Made by a program: the position numbers and the translations under genes. Under the pieces are notes generated by a model. It had not been told where the DNA came from, did no database searches, and saw only the letters and a program-made list of their open reading frames with translations. DNA of 13,829 bases from a virus: UHGV virus genome UHGV-0094592; one strand, written 5' to 3'. This document shows positions 6,867 to 13,621 of the stretch, one piece after another. How positions within the stretch are numbered: position 1 is the stretch's first letter; every line of letters begins with the position of its first letter.

Positions 6867-6903
6867 GCCCGATAAGCCACCTCTGACCTTATCGGGCTTT
6901 TTT
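6867..6903 (+). terminator. Strong hairpin with a T-run on both strands (plus-strand T6); bidirectional terminator-like element
   Basis: Stem GCCCGATAAG/CTTATCGGGC (10 bp, 11-nt loop) followed by TTTTTT on plus and TTTT on minus. Confidence 0.55.
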
Positions 6904-7078
6904 ATCTGCCTGCAAAGATGTCGAACGAAAATTAACCACAACCATCATCTTTTTTGCATCAAAACAATTAAAAACAATAAATTACGCTCATGATGATGAT
7001 GACGATAAAATCACAAAAATGCGCTTTTTTCCGCGCCTCCCGCCCCGTGTTCAGGCCCACCCCGCCAGGAGGACCCGT

Positions 7079-7100
7079 AAAAAAGCCGGATTGCTCCGGC
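7079..7100 (-). terminator. Rho-independent terminator after ssb; sequence paralog of the cosQ-side terminator at 4638-4660
   Basis: Stem GCCGGA/TCCGGC with loop, followed on minus strand by TTTTTT; 17 bp downstream of the ssb stop. About 35 bp are near-identical to 4631-4660. Confidence 0.7.
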
Positions 7101-7116
7101 TTCTGTCACTCGTCGC

Positions 7117-7539
7117 TTAAAACGGTATGTTATCCCCGTACGGATCATCATTCCCCGCCTGTTGTTTTGCCCTGTTCAGCGCGTCAGTAGCCTGGCCCTG
7201 TTGACCTTTTTTGCCGCCCAGTCGCGCCGTTCGCGCACTGATTACACTGTCTGCGATAACCTGCCAGCCCTGCCGCGTTTCTCCGTTCTGCCCAGTCCAC
7301 TGGCTGATCTGCATGTTACCCGCCACGCTCAGGAGTTCACCCTTGCGGTGCCTTTCCAGTGCTTCGGCCTGTCTGCCAAATGCCAGGACGGATAACCACA
7401 TCGTCGCCGTTCCGTCATCTGCCTGGCTGCACGGAAGGGGGACCGCCATACGCGCCAGCGTCATCGGTGTGCCCTTGCTGGTCTGTTTTACCTGCGGGTC
7501 GTCCACCAGCCGCCCGTAAGCTGCTATCTGTGCTGTCAT
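7117..7539 (-). CDS. ssb: Single-stranded DNA-binding protein (SSB-like OB-fold with C-terminal ...DNIPF tail)
   Basis: 140 aa. N-terminal OB-fold pattern resembles E. coli SSB; the protein ends ...NDDPYGDNIPF, an acidic IPF tail like the DDDIPF tail of E. coli SSB. Start overlaps the upstream gene stop (ATGA). Confidence 0.8.
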   Translation of the reverse strand: MTAQIAAYGRLVDDPQVKQTSKGTPMTLARMAVPLPCSQADDGTATMWLSVLAFGRQAEALERHRKGELLSVAGNMQISQWTGQNGETRQGWQVIADSVISARTARLGGKKGQQGQATDALNRAKQQAGNDDPYGDNIPF

Positions 7540-7787
7540 GATTCCACCTCTCCGGTTTTAACGTTGATGGTTGTTACCTGTTCCGCTTCGGCAATCTCCC
7601 GCTCTGTCAGCGTGGCAAAATTTGCCGCCGTCGTGGTCATGAATGCGCTTATCAGTTCGGGATGTGCTTTCGCGTATCCTTCCCCCGCGTGGCGGTCTAT
7701 CGTTCTGATTGCCACCTTTAAAGCGTGCTCTGTCATGTCTAACGCTTTATATTTTGGCGCTGTCTTATCTCTGGTTTTTCTGGTCAT
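7536..7787 (-). CDS. Hypothetical protein (83 aa), translationally coupled to ssb
   Basis: ORF immediately downstream of the iteron region; stop overlaps the ssb start. Confidence 0.55.
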   Translation of the reverse strand: MTRKTRDKTAPKYKALDMTEHALKVAIRTIDRHAGEGYAKAHPELISAFMTTTAANFATLTEREIAEAEQVTTINVKTGEVES

Positions 7788-7796
7788 TCCTCACTG

Positions 7797-7990
7797 CTCC
7801 CCACTTTTACTACCCACTTTTTGAAATTACCCAACGTCTCCCCACTTCTTTTTTTTGTGATTCTAACGTGATGTTTTTCAATGTGTTTTTTATTCCCCAC
7901 TTTTTGGGGTATATACAGGTGGGAAAGTGGGGAATCACGTTTCAATTTTGTTAAATTCCCCACACTCCCCACTTTTACTACCCACTTTTT
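7797..7990. repeat. Putative origin of replication: iteron array (CCCCACTTTT family) flanking an AT-rich core
   Basis: 23-bp direct repeat CTCCCCACTTTTACTACCCACTTTT at 7797-7821 and 7965-7989. Additional TCCCCACTT copies at 7837-7848, 7893-7905, 7957-7966 and an inverted copy at 7924-7934. Located directly 3' of the helicase gene. Confidence 0.7.
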
Positions 7991-9404
7991 ACAGTGGGCG
8001 CACGTCATCACCGTCAATAGCAATAACGCCATCACCTTCCAGCTTGTACAGCCAGCGCCGGAAGTGTTTCATCTCATACCCCAGCTTTTTCATATCATCG
8101 CGCAACAACGGAATAGTGCATTTATCTCCGCGCTGTGTGCGTGAACGGATACAGCCCCATAGCGCGGCATGATTCTCCGTCTTGTTCCCGGCTTCCTCGA
8201 TGCGCTCCAGTTCAACGGGTGGGCGCGGCTTATCCACAACAACCAGCGACGTGATTAACTCCCCGTCAGTGTCGGTAAAAAGCTCCACCACACGTAAATC
8301 GTATGCGGCCTCTTTCAGTTCCTCCGCGTCCTTCATTTTTGTGCAGGAGATAACCAGGGCTTCACTGTCTGCACCTTCACGGCGAATACGGTATTCAGCG
8401 TCCAGAGATGCACGAAATGCACTGGAACCACGCGCCCCCTTTGTTTCATCCTTGCCGGAATGGTGAACCACCAGCACCGTGGCCCCTGTGCGGCGTTTCA
8501 GTTCGTCACATCCACGGATAAACGCCCCCATATCCCGCGCGTCATTTTCATCATTACCGCCAAAGCAACGCGCCAGCGTATCAAGAATAATCATGCGTAC
8601 CGGTTTACCCGTTTCCCGTTCAACCTGGCGGGAAGCGATGACCATTTCATCAACATCAAGCGGGACTGCCGGAAAAATCGGGCGGTTTACCAGGTACAGA
8701 TTTTCCACCCGTTCATCATTAACGATTTCCCATGCCTTGATACGGCGGGGGACACCAATGCCACCTTCACCGACAACATACATCACCGAACCATGCGCCA
8801 CCCTGCGGCCTCCCCAGTGACGGCCAGTGGCAACATGACACGCCCAGGAACACGCGAGGAACGATTTATAGGAACCGCTCGCGCCGTATGTGCTGCACAA
8901 TGAATTAGCCGGAATCACGCCCTTAACGACATAATCAAGCTGTGTGTCGTACCCTGCAGATCCAATGCTCATTGGTAGCGTGGTTTTTCGCTGGCTGTAT
9001 TGCTCGTCAGTAAGTATTTCCCCGCGCTCTGCCTGTTCGCGGATCCGTTGCAGGTAGTCGTGCCAGTTCTCCAGCTTCTGGCTGTGCATTCCATCAGGGT
9101 AATAATTCGCATCCCGTACACCTGCCGCCGCCAGCTTTTGCCCGATAGCATTAATATTTGACGGCTTGATGTGGCCTGCCTTGTACAGCCGGACACAATA
9201 GCGACCATCGTCGATAATTTTCAGGTCTGCCAGTTCGTCAAGCTGGCTGTCTCCCAGCCATACAGGCGGGACGTTATCACCAGCAAGTCGCCCGTCCTGT
9301 TCCTGCCACTGTTTCGCGTGCGCCCAGGCATCACTACCCGCAAAAATAATGACTTCGGTCATTTTGTCGTGTGGCTGTTTTTTTAAGTTCGGTGCCAGTT
9401 TCAT
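7989..9404 (-). CDS. Replication helicase, RepA/AAA_25-like P-loop NTPase with an N-terminal domain of unknown function
   Basis: 471 aa. P-loop-like YGASGSYKSF, Walker B-like RMIILDTLARCFGG and the VLVVHHSGKD motif typical of RepA/AAA_25-type helicases. RBS AGGGG. Start overlaps the upstream stop (ATGA). Confidence 0.8.
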   Translation of the reverse strand: MKLAPNLKKQPHDKMTEVIIFAGSDAWAHAKQWQEQDGRLAGDNVPPVWLGDSQLDELADLKIIDDGRYCVRLYKAGHIKPSNINAIGQKLAAAGVRDANYYPDGMHSQKLENWHDYLQRIREQAERGEILTDEQYSQRKTTLPMSIGSAGYDTQLDYVVKGVIPANSLCSTYGASGSYKSFLACSWACHVATGRHWGGRRVAHGSVMYVVGEGGIGVPRRIKAWEIVNDERVENLYLVNRPIFPAVPLDVDEMVIASRQVERETGKPVRMIILDTLARCFGGNDENDARDMGAFIRGCDELKRRTGATVLVVHHSGKDETKGARGSSAFRASLDAEYRIRREGADSEALVISCTKMKDAEELKEAAYDLRVVELFTDTDGELITSLVVVDKPRPPVELERIEEAGNKTENHAALWGCIRSRTQRGDKCTIPLLRDDMKKLGYEMKHFRRWLYKLEGDGVIAIDGDDVRPL

Positions 9405-9700
9405 TTTTTGCCCCTGAATGCGTTAATCATGTTTTTCATTTTCTGAATATTTGCCCGTGCCTTTGCGTTGCTGGTGGGCTGTTTGCGTGGTGTGGCCTGT
9501 ATCAGTGAAAAATCACGCCGGAACTGATAAGCAGGCATCACGCAGTCATAGCCGTACCCATCACGGCGGTAAGTAACGCACCGCCCCGCCACGCTTTTAA
9601 TCGTTACCGTGCCACCGTAGTTATCCCGGAAAATATCGCCGGGGCGGATTTCAGGCCGAGGGAGACCACTGGCAGTAAAGCCAGAATTTTTCTGTTTCAT
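9401..9700 (-). CDS. Hypothetical protein (99 aa), basic
   Basis: ORF with GGAG upstream; operon member immediately 5' of the helicase gene. Confidence 0.55.
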   Translation of the reverse strand: MKQKNSGFTASGLPRPEIRPGDIFRDNYGGTVTIKSVAGRCVTYRRDGYGYDCVMPAYQFRRDFSLIQATPRKQPTSNAKARANIQKMKNMINAFRGKK

Positions 9701-9706
9701 GTTTTT

Positions 9707-9925
9707 TTACTCCAGAGGCAGATTTTTAGCGGCGAGTTCAATATCAGATGTCAGAGAAACCTGTGTATTTGCCAGGTCTAACAACAAAGAAATAAGAATT
9801 TCCTCTCTGCTATCGGATTCATCGGTGCTAAGGCTGTTCATCCACATATTGACGACTTCCCTGATTTTTTTCGCAGAGTGCAGGGCTTCAAATGCCAGGT
9901 CTTCAATATCATGTTTATTTCGCAT
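9707..9925 (-). CDS. Hypothetical protein (72 aa from internal ATG; ORF track lists 9707..9991)
   Basis: ATG at 9925 has RBS GGGGG and avoids overlap with the upstream gene; the longer track ORF would overlap it by 77 nt. Confidence 0.5.
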   Translation of the reverse strand: MRNKHDIEDLAFEALHSAKKIREVVNMWMNSLSTDESDSREEILISLLLDLANTQVSLTSDIELAAKNLPLE

Positions 9926-10127
9926 AATCGCCCCCGCGTAACTGGTCTGCACTAACACCCGATTTAGTGAGCATTTCAGAAAATCCCGCAAGAGTGCTGA
10001 TAAATTCGTTTTCCATTAAACGGCACTGGCATTTAACCCGGCCTTTTTCCAGATACACCAGTACGCGCCCCGTATAATCTGACGGCACATTCAGCACTAC
10101 AGATAAGTGCGCTTCATTATTATTCAT
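9915..10127 (-). CDS. Hypothetical protein (70 aa)
   Basis: Strong RBS GGAGGTG 7 nt upstream of ATG 10127. Confidence 0.55.
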   Translation of the reverse strand: MNNNEAHLSVVLNVPSDYTGRVLVYLEKGRVKCQCRLMENEFISTLAGFSEMLTKSGVSADQLRGGDYAK

Positions 10128-10356
10128 GGCTCACCACCTCCATATCAGCCATGATAATTTTGCTGGCCTCATTCAGTGCCATATCAGCACTAAGTTGCAT
10201 TACAGCCAGTGAATGAGGAACGAAAGCCCCGGCATATTCTGTTTCACTGGTAGCGTGCTTATGCGCCCTGTCCGCGATAACAGAAATATCAATCAGCGCA
10301 TCAATCAGTGTTTTGATTGCTTCGGCGGCTGCGTCCGGACGGGTGTTATTGCACAT
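10120..10356 (-). CDS. Hypothetical protein (78 aa)
   Basis: RBS GGGGG upstream of ATG 10356; 8-nt overlap with the downstream gene. Confidence 0.55.
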   Translation of the reverse strand: MCNNTRPDAAAEAIKTLIDALIDISVIADRAHKHATSETEYAGAFVPHSLAVMQLSADMALNEASKIIMADMEVVSHE

Positions 10357-10552
10357 GGTGCACCCCCTGACGAATACGGGCGGCGAATACCATCACGCAG
10401 CCAGCCGGTGATTGCTGACGGGCTTCCTGTTCGCTGGTGGCCTCAATGGTAATCACGCGCGGTTGTGCCGTACTCAGGGCGATAAAACGCCAGATGTATT
10501 TATTCAGGTTGTGCGAGTCCCGCCCTTGCGGGTGTATGGTATGATTTCTCAT
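10346..10552 (-). CDS. Hypothetical protein (68 aa), first gene of the replication-module operon (ORF track lists a TTG-start version 10346..10642)
   Basis: ATG at 10552 is preceded by GAGG. The longer version would extend into the operator/promoter region. Confidence 0.5.
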   Translation of the reverse strand: MRNHTIHPQGRDSHNLNKYIWRFIALSTAQPRVITIEATSEQEARQQSPAGCVMVFAARIRQGVHHVQ

Positions 10553-10571
10553 AGCAGCCTCGATAATCTTG

Positions 10572-11762
10572 CTATCGTTGGTGGTTAGACGCCCCGTATG
10601 TGTTTCCGGCACTGCGGGGCGTTGCTCTTTGTATTTCAACAATTCTTTTGGTGTGTTTCATGTTATGAGCGCATGAAACACACGTCAAGGCTTTTTGTAT
10701 TTCTTTTTTTGTGTATACTGAAACACACCGATGATTAGGAGTTTCAGAAATGGCAACGGCTAACAAAAACGCAAAATCACAACTGACAACTGTCAGAGTC
10801 CCACTAGATGTTATGCAAGGGATGGAATCCGTTAAGCTGGACGGCGAAAGCAATGCCGGATTTATCGTAACCGCCATGCGCGGAGAAATAGCCCGCCGCC
10901 AAGCAGAAGGCAGCGGAGAAAATCCCCTTGTGTCGTCACTGGATGCCCTGGCTAAGGTCGAACAAATCGGCATCAAAGCAGCGGAAGAAATCGGGCAGCT
11001 TGTCACCGTTGCACGCGAAGAACTCCAGCGTCGCAAGACCAAAGAACCAGAGTAATCACCATCAGCGCCGTGGTGTAAGGTATTACGGCGCATTGCTATG
11101 CAGGACAACACAATGACCGATAAAGAATTGACCAAAACATTATCACCGGCACGGAAAAGACGGCGCAGAAAGATAGAGCATGAATCAGAAAGATTCGCGC
11201 CATGTGCTTTTGCTCTTGAGAAATTCCTTAAAGAGCACAGGAAAAAGCTCTCGTTGCAAACCTTGGAACGAACCAAATCTGACTGATCACATTGCCCACC
11301 AGCCGCAAATGTGGCATTGTTGGTGATGCTCATGCGTTGGGGATAACGTGTAGCTTGTGTCGAGGGGCCACCGTAGCGGGTGGCCTTTGTTTTGCCTGTT
11401 ATCCGGCAATTGTGGCGCTTCGCCACACGGTTGATATAATCCCACTGCTCAGATTCATTTTTTGCGCAGTAGGTTAATTGTTCACAAAGGCGCTCCGGCA
11501 ACGGGGCGCTTTTTGTTTTTATTAGTTTGTAGAAACCTGACTCAGAGATAATGCTCATATTCTGATTGCCGTCAGGGGTGTAAGTTAAATTTACTCCCTT
11601 TTTATCATCAAACATCTGCAACGCTCTGGCGTTAACAATATTGGTTTCACTCCCGCCAGTAAGGCCGGAAATAACCGGAATAATTTCGGCAAAATTTTGC
11701 AGATTCTGTTTTTCAGGACGAACGAAGCCCCGCCCTTGTTCGGGAGAATATCCAGTATTCAT
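10572..11762 (-). CDS. Long open frame; only the N-terminal ~100 codons (from ATG 11762) look protein-like, with a possible Bro-N/KilA-N-like motif. The rest is probably non-coding or a pseudogene remnant
   Basis: N-terminus contains IISESGFYKLIKTKS, resembling a Bro-N-type motif as I recall it. The C-terminal two thirds are Ser/Cys/Arg-rich and antisense to two plus-strand ORFs with good RBSs, and span two plus-oriented terminators. Confidence 0.3.
   Translation of the reverse strand: MNTGYSPEQGRGFVRPEKQNLQNFAEIIPVISGLTGGSETNIVNARALQMFDDKKGVNLTYTPDGNQNMSIISESGFYKLIKTKSAPLPERLCEQLTYCAKNESEQWDYINRVAKRHNCRITGKTKATRYGGPSTQATRYPQRMSITNNATFAAGGQCDQSDLVRSKVCNESFFLCSLRNFSRAKAHGANLSDSCSIFLRRLFRAGDNVLVNSLSVIVLSCIAMRRNTLHHGADGDYSGSLVLRRWSSSRATVTSCPISSAALMPICSTLARASSDDTRGFSPLPSAWRRAISPRMAVTINPALLSPSSLTDSIPCITSSGTLTVVSCDFAFLLAVAISETPNHRCVSVYTKKEIQKALTCVSCAHNMKHTKRIVEIQRATPRSAGNTYGASNHQR
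10651..10688 (-). promoter_or_regulatory. Sigma70-like promoter for the minus-strand operon (TTGACG-17-TAACAT) fully overlapped by a 12-bp inverted-repeat operator
   Basis: Minus strand -35 TTGACG (10688..10683) and -10 TAACAT (10665..10660). Operator GTGTGTTTCATG-9bp-CATGAAACACAC spans 10651-10683. Related GAAACACA sites lie at 10720-10728 and in the hairpin loop at 10596-10627. Confidence 0.6.
10750..11055 (+). CDS. Hypothetical regulator-like protein (101 aa), divergently transcribed from the island operons; candidate repressor
   Basis: Strong RBS TAGGAG 8 nt upstream. Plausible -10 TATACT (10714-10719) with an operator half-site at the predicted start. Balanced composition; N-terminal beta-strand plus helix pattern (TTVRVPLDVMQGMESVKL) reminiscent of ribbon-helix-helix proteins. 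Confidence 0.6.
   Translation: MATANKNAKSQLTTVRVPLDVMQGMESVKLDGESNAGFIVTAMRGEIARRQAEGSGENPLVSSLDALAKVEQIGIKAAEEIGQLVTVAREELQRRKTKEPE
11113..11286 (+). CDS. Hypothetical small basic protein (57 aa; ORF track lists 11098..11286)
   Basis: ATG at 11113 has AGGA 7 nt upstream; very basic (RKRRRRK) N-terminal segment. Confidence 0.45.
   Translation: MTDKELTKTLSPARKRRRRKIEHESERFAPCAFALEKFLKEHRKKLSLQTLERTKSD
11366..11393 (+). terminator. Rho-independent terminator (stem GGCCACC/GGTGGCC, then TTTGTTTT) for the plus-strand unit
   Basis: Perfect 7-bp stem with 6-nt loop and a T-rich tail on the plus strand. Confidence 0.6.
11490..11520 (+). terminator. Second plus-strand rho-independent terminator (stem GCGCTCCG/CGGGGCGC, GCAA tetraloop, TTTTTGTTTTT)
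   Basis: 8-bp stem with one G-U pair, GNRA-type loop, and 11-nt T-rich tail. Confidence 0.65.
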
Positions 11763-11814
11763 GGTTAGATCTCTGTATTAGTGGATGGGTGGCGGCTGTG
11801 TGCCGCCAGCCTGA

Positions 11815-12003
11815 TTAGTGAACTGCCTCGCAGCTTTCCTTCCATGCCAGAACTTCGGATAAAGACCAGCCAACGGAACGACCGCCGAGCTTACGCCGTG
11901 ATGGGAATTGTCCGGTTTTTTCCAGGCGGTACCGACATGAACGGCTCAGGCCTGTAAGTTGCTGACATTCTTTTTCACGTATAAAGCGATCTGTGCTTAA
12001 CAC
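11815..12003 (-). CDS. alpA: AlpA-family (prophage CP4-57-type) transcriptional regulator, 62 aa from GTG start
   Basis: Motif ...CQQLTGLSRSCRYRLEKTGQFPSRRKLGGRSVGWSLSEVLAWKESC is the AlpA/Vis-type HTH signature. GTG at 12003 is preceded by AGGGGGA. ORF track lists a longer 11815..12171 version. Confidence 0.8.
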   Translation of the reverse strand: MLSTDRFIREKECQQLTGLSRSCRYRLEKTGQFPSRRKLGGRSVGWSLSEVLAWKESCEAVH

Positions 12004-12288
12004 AATTCCCCCTTTGATATTTCTTAAAGAGTTATTTGGTGTCCTATTGTGTTGTGGTGCGTCGGATTGTGTCAGGGTGTTTATGGAATGGCAAACACTG
12101 GCGGCGGTCATTTTACAGAAGTGTGGTAATGAGAATAAAAACTCTTTTAATTCATTGTGGTGCAAAGGCATAAAATTCTGTTTTTACGCCTTTTTTACAT
12201 GTTTTTAAGAGTGATTCGCCAATGTACAAAAAGCCAGTAAAACGACTGAAAATCAACTTTTTAGGGTGTCAGTCAGATGTTAATCAAG

Positions 12289-12346
12289 TTTGTTCCAGAT
12301 TGTTCGCCGTTGTTCGTCGTGGTGTCTCGTTGTTTCACGTTGTGTC
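12289..12346. promoter_or_regulatory. Cluster of TTGTTCG-like direct repeats between int and alpA; candidate regulator binding sites
   Basis: TGTTCC 12291, TTGTTCG 12300, TTGTTCG 12310 (10-bp spacing), TTGTTTC 12330, TTGTGTC 12340. Confidence 0.4.
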
Positions 12347-12370
12347 AGTTCTAAAAAATCGCAAAAAAAA

Positions 12371-13621
12371 TTATATTTCTCTGGCTATTGGCAGTGTGGT
12401 TACGTTTTTGTGAGTACCCGCCAGTATCTCTAACCGCTCTGTCCACATGTCCAGCGCATTACGTTTCGCATCGAGATAACGGGAGTGGTTATAGACTCGC
12501 TGCATCCCTGGCATCTGGTGAGCGGTGAGTTGTTCGACAATATGCGGATCCACGCCTAAATCGTTCAGCATCGTGGTAAACGTGCGCCGTATATCGTGTA
12601 GTGACCAGTGCGGATGGTTTAATTTTTTGTGCATGAATCTGCCGTATTGCGACACACTGGCTTCCTGTTTCAGTTCCCCGAGTAATAGCCCTGTGTGTCT
12701 GTTCTGCTCCACCAGCTGCGTGACGAACGGTAAAATGCTTTCCGGTATTGGCCTGAATATGGCGACCTTCGTTTTGCTGTGCTCTTTCGGTACTGTCCAG
12801 AGCATTTCCTTAAAATCCCACTCCCTGATCTCCGATAATCTCAGTTCTCCGGTTCGGCAGCCGAACACAATCAGGAGGCGGATTAGTGCGCTGTAGTAGG
12901 GCGGGAATATTTTTTTATCCAGCGCCTGTAATAATTCGCCAAGTTCTTTGTTGCTCAGCACGCGTTCGCTTATGCCTGGTTTTTTGCCAACGTCCACCAC
13001 GTTAAGATCATCCAGAACGTTACTGACTGCGTAGCGACGTTTACGGCAGAACTTAAGCGCCTGTTTACACGCCTGCATCATGTGACCAGACGTTACAGGG
13101 GATTTTTTGCGTATCCGGTCAAAACAGGCCAGCCAGTGACGTAACTCGCATTTATCCAGTGGCATATTGCCAATATGCTGTATGACGTGATTATTCAGGC
13201 GGCTTTTCAGGCATACGTAATCGACACGGTTTTCCTTTACGTGCATTTCCAGCCAGTAGCTGATCGCATCACCCACCGTTACCGGCTTTAGTGCTTCCTG
13301 TATGGAGTAATTAAGCTCATGGCGTGGATTTTTTCCTTCTGCCAGCCATGCGCGACACTGTGCCGCTTTTTCCCTGGCTGCTTTCAGGCTCAGATCAGGA
13401 TAATTTCCCAGCTTCAGGCGTTCCGGTGATACCTGGCGTCCAGCTCCTGCTCTGTAGGTGAAATACCAGGTTAATAAGCCGCTGGTGGAATGCCTGACGC
13501 TCAGGTTTCCACCGTCATTAAGAAATGTGGTTTTTGGGGCTGGTGTGCCGTTGATTTTTCTTAGCTGTGTATCGCTCAGTTTGTTAAGTGCTCTGCTCAT
13601 AATTTTGAATCCGGTCATCAC
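12371..13621 (-). CDS. int: Tyrosine recombinase / integrase, P4-type
   Basis: 416-codon ORF. N-terminal region LSDTQLRKI...YPDLSLKAAREKAAQ resembles P4-family integrase N-termini. C-terminal catalytic motifs include HDIRRTF (HxxR) and a tyrosine within RVYNHSRYLD. ORF-track start is GTG 13621; in-frame ATGs at 13618 and 13600 are alternative starts. Confidence 0.9.
   Translation of the reverse strand: MMTGFKIMSRALNKLSDTQLRKINGTPAPKTTFLNDGGNLSVRHSTSGLLTWYFTYRAGAGRQVSPERLKLGNYPDLSLKAAREKAAQCRAWLAEGKNPRHELNYSIQEALKPVTVGDAISYWLEMHVKENRVDYVCLKSRLNNHVIQHIGNMPLDKCELRHWLACFDRIRKKSPVTSGHMMQACKQALKFCRKRRYAVSNVLDDLNVVDVGKKPGISERVLSNKELGELLQALDKKIFPPYYSALIRLLIVFGCRTGELRLSEIREWDFKEMLWTVPKEHSKTKVAIFRPIPESILPFVTQLVEQNRHTGLLLGELKQEASVSQYGRFMHKKLNHPHWSLHDIRRTFTTMLNDLGVDPHIVEQLTAHQMPGMQRVYNHSRYLDAKRNALDMWTERLEILAGTHKNVTTLPIAREI

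Noticed and set aside
6990-7190. 66-aa plus ORF beginning MMMM
   Set aside because: It arises from the GATGATGATGA repeat in an intergenic region, runs through two terminator hairpins and has no RBS.
7162-7541. Three plus-strand ORFs overlapping ssb
   Set aside because: Antisense to the SSB-like gene, with Pro/Ser/Cys-rich composition and no RBS support.
7797-7990. Possible CRISPR array, given the clustered short repeats
   Set aside because: The repeats are irregularly spaced, occur in both orientations, are T-rich iterons without uniform spacers, and sit directly after a helicase gene. They look like an origin, not a CRISPR array.
8182-8903. Plus-strand ORFs of 94, 147 and 113 aa, and a minus-strand ORF at 8969..9208
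   Set aside because: They are embedded in, or out of frame within, the helicase gene, whose frame carries the conserved P-loop and HHSGK motifs. Low-complexity Ser/Arg/Thr-rich translations.
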